Shown: positions 60,937 through 64,000 of the stretch, piece by piece | Layout: every line of letters starts with the position of its first letter | How positions within the stretch are numbered: position 1 is the first letter of the stretch | NCBI GenBank assembly: GCA_032718475.1 | Contig: JAUCBJ010000021.1 | Coordinates: forward strand, 1 to 64,000 | From: Nemertoderma westbladi | Taxonomy: Eukaryota; Animalia; Xenacoelomorpha | Length of the DNA: 64,000 nt | Direction: 5' to 3' | Translations under genes and position numbers: made by a program | The notes under the pieces: generated by a model | The model's input: the letters and a program-made list of their open reading frames with translations, nothing else | Told to the model about the DNA's origin: nothing | Databases searched by the model: none

Positions 60937-62029
60937 TGTTAAACCATTTGCGGCAAAAATGTGTCGTTTTTGTGCAATGCGCGAACTACTCTAAGACTGG
61001 CATTATCTCGAGGGATTGGAGAATGTGTAAAACTTACACCATCTAGCGTTTATTTTGGTACAGAGCTGTAGTGACGAAATCACCAGCCATTGGCCAGCAT
61101 TTCTCTTTGTCCTGTATCCTCTGTGTTATTTTCCGGCAAATCAGCACAATTTTCACTTTGCCAATTCTTGAGGCTTTGTTAACATATGAATAGGCCGCAG
61201 TGCGACAAAATCATTCATTCTGACTTCTGCCCGGACTGTCAGAGGGTTATCAACCACAATATATTATCTCTTGTATTTCACTACTGCTGTACTGGATCAC
61301 TTTCTGCACTTACAGCGAACATCGGACTGCTGATTGAATGCAGGCACCGTATATTTATACTGTTTTTATACTGTTATTCATTGTTATTTGGTAACATATT
61401 TAATATGAATACTTATAAATATATAAATACTTATATTTGGAGAATACTTAGGAATAATCGATAATTTCCCTTAACTTTCTTTATTGTTGAGGTAAGCAGA
61501 AGGGAACATGAGTAATAATTGCTTGGCTCAAATTACAGTTGTCTGTATGAATATTATGCTACTTCATAACTCCAACATAAGAGAGCTAAATTTATCCTTA
61601 TATATGACTAAAATTGGTAACAGTCGGCAAATTAACGTGTTTCAGTACTATTGTCAGTAAAGTGAGTGCGAGCGAATACTTCTACATTCCTAAAGAATGT
61701 AAAAACCATGATGTTCCATAACCCTCCGTTGTAATTAGTATAAGTCATATCTCTGTCTGATATTTAAAGTGCAGCATCTAGAGGAACTCTTGGTATTGCC
61801 CTGAAAATAAGCAGAGTTTTTGGGGATTATATAGTAGAGATCAATCGAATAATACAAAGTAGACTACCCCATTCTCGGCCATAGAATTCAGTCTCCCACA
61901 CACAGTGGGTCATACTCCGCGCTAGACTGTCTTCTACTCCTACTGTGGTCATATTTTGTGCGGGCTGTCAGACAATATAAGACACGTAAATTAACAGGTT
62001 AAACTGATAAAGGTCTAAAAGCGCGAACA
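60937..62029 (+). mobile_element. Solo LTR of a third A/B-related BEL subfamily (1093 bp)
   Basis: TGTTAAACCATTTGCGG...AAAGGTCTAAAAGCGCGAACA; TSD TGAAG at 60932-60936 and 62030-62034. Confidence 0.9.
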
Positions 62030-62257
62030 TGAAGGGATCGAGTTACGTGATCTGTGTACAATGGTAATAGTATATATATTGAATAGAGGTTTATTAAATG
62101 AGTTATAATTGGCTATATTCCGGTTTAAATAGTTGAAAAGTTCAAAATTAACATGGCAATATAATTATGATTTATATTAAACATTAAATTATTATAAGTA
62201 ATTAAAAACAAATAAATAAGTAAACCAGATATTAAAAATGTTAATGCATTTCAAAAT

Positions 62258-62448
62258 GTGTACTGAGCTATCAGACCGGATGAATATTAAGTACCTTTTA
62301 TTAGGAATCCTAGGAACCTGGTTCGAGCCCCAATAGGGCTGGTTGATATTTTTCGGTATGGAGAGCTTTATCATATTGTCTTATTTACATTGTATATTTA
62401 ATACACCGCGTCACTCACCCCACAACAATTCACTTATTATTAATAACC
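62258..62448 (+). mobile_element. Degenerate second copy of the 60123-60443 family, hammerhead core lost
   Basis: Shares GGTTCGAGCCCCAATAGGGC through CACTTATTATTAATAACC, preceded by an inverted-arm remnant GTGTACTGAGCTATCAGACCG. Confidence 0.8.
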
Positions 62449-64000
62449 TATATTGAGTATCTACAGCTATTTTACTCATGGCTATTATTATCATCACCTT
62501 TCATCTGATTGGTCCAGGATGCAGGGCCGGGTGGAACCACTTAGCAAAATCAATGTTTCTTATTAAATTAGCTCTATTTCCTTGTACTTTCAGTGACCTA
62601 TGGCTTTCTAATTCCCTCCCAATATTGTAAATTTGTGCTTCGTTATGCGGTGAGTGCAAAACAAAGACCAAAGACCCACTGTACAAAACAACGAGGTAAA
62701 GTCGCGTCTCAAAGAGCGTTAGGTCCCAAAGATCGTTAGGTCCCATTGCAATTTAAAGGAGCAGGTTAATAAAAGAGCAGGTTAAAGAGGCGTGTTGGGG
62801 GAACCAAAACAATTAATTTTATTCTATGTTGGTTTTAGTTTTAGCATATTGAACAGTCTTGTGGTAGCTTGTTTATCATCAACTTGTAAAATCTTAGGGA
62901 GTTATGAAAATAGACCAATAATTCAGAATATGAATCTAACTTGAGTAATAATTCCGCCCGTGTTTAACTGCCTATATTTATTGAATTGGAGTTGAGATGT
63001 TAATGCAACTGCAATAAAATATGTAATATTATGGGTTTTGTTACGAAATTGAAAAATCAAGGAAGCATGTCACCACGGAGGGGATGAACCAGCGCTTGAT
63101 ATATTGGAATGTTTTATTAATGTTTTCTTTTATACCTATCAGCTAGGTATACCAGATGGACTTTCATCAGATCTCTTTTCATAGGATTTAGACAAACTGA
63201 AACTGACAAACTAAATAACAGAAACCCTAGAGTTATTTACGAATCACAGGTTTTGCAAAGAAAGCCTTTACAGAAAGCTCAATTCCACAGAAAGCGGGTA
63301 TCATGTATACCCAACATCTACCCAACTTAAACCATGTAAAAAATGACCTAGTGTAAACCCTCTTCTTGCCATTTCATTCCTGTTGTATAGTAGTAGCCTA
63401 CATCAATCACTATGTGTTTTATTATGTTTCTAATTAATATTCATTAGTTAATATATTGCATTTAGTTAATAGTCAATATGTTTGTAACAACTTGGATAAT
63501 TTGATATCATTTGAAGAATTCCGCTCAGAAAAAAAAATGGGCCACTGCCAGCCTTTGTCTTGAAGTTCAATGAGTCTTGTACCAGTAGCAGTGATTCGAA
63601 GCAACGTAAATCTGGTTAGGGTGGTGGTACTACCCTCATGGTCTATTAACTTTGGGATAATCATATTTCAGCCAATAAAAGAGTGTGTTATATAATGATA
63701 TAGCAAACAGCTTCTGGGTTGTTGTATTTCTCGACATGCTCGCTATGAGATTTTGAATAGAGCTGTTCCTAAGATTTATACTTTCTTCGGTGATGTTTAT
63801 AGGGATGACAGTATGACAATTAACATGGGCAGTGATTTTTTATGTCCTTTTATTTGGCTTTTTTTGTCCCTTTTTTTTTTACGAATTATGCATAATGACT
63901 TTTGTTGTCCTTTTAATGATTTTTATTGTCCTTTTAATGACTTTTTATGTATGTATTTCTTCAAACTGTCAGACTGCTGATTTCTGGACTGTCAGACAGT

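Overview
AT-rich, repeat-dense eukaryotic DNA, probably from an invertebrate animal, made almost entirely of nested retroelements. It holds three young BEL/Pao LTR retrotransposons, each with two LTRs and a 5-bp TSD. Elements A (2282-14721, -) and B (17553-30374, +) are a non-autonomous Gag-protease-only family that shares two in-frame deletions removing RT/RNase H and integrase. Element C (34652-51199, -) has the full gag-PR-RT-RH-IN set, TA...TA termini and an extra 3' zinc-knuckle ORF. A related solo LTR lies at 60937-62029. Main finding: none of A, B or C has a tRNA primer-binding site. In each, the 11 nt abutting the 5' LTR are perfectly complementary to an 11-mer inside its own LTR, and the three 11-mers differ completely. 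This suggests tRNA-independent self-priming in a BEL/Pao lineage, a mechanism I know only from Tf1-like Gypsy elements. C also carries nine dispersed copies of a YGYG-tetraloop hairpin and a tRNA-like cassette in its LTR. Other content: a TSD-flanked LINE hosting B, a deleted LTR element hosting C, CRE/RTE/Gypsy remnants, a palindromic Penelope-like or SINE insertion with a minimal hammerhead ribozyme, minisatellites and one probable host exon (WxxW domain). All comparisons were made by eye; no database searches were run.
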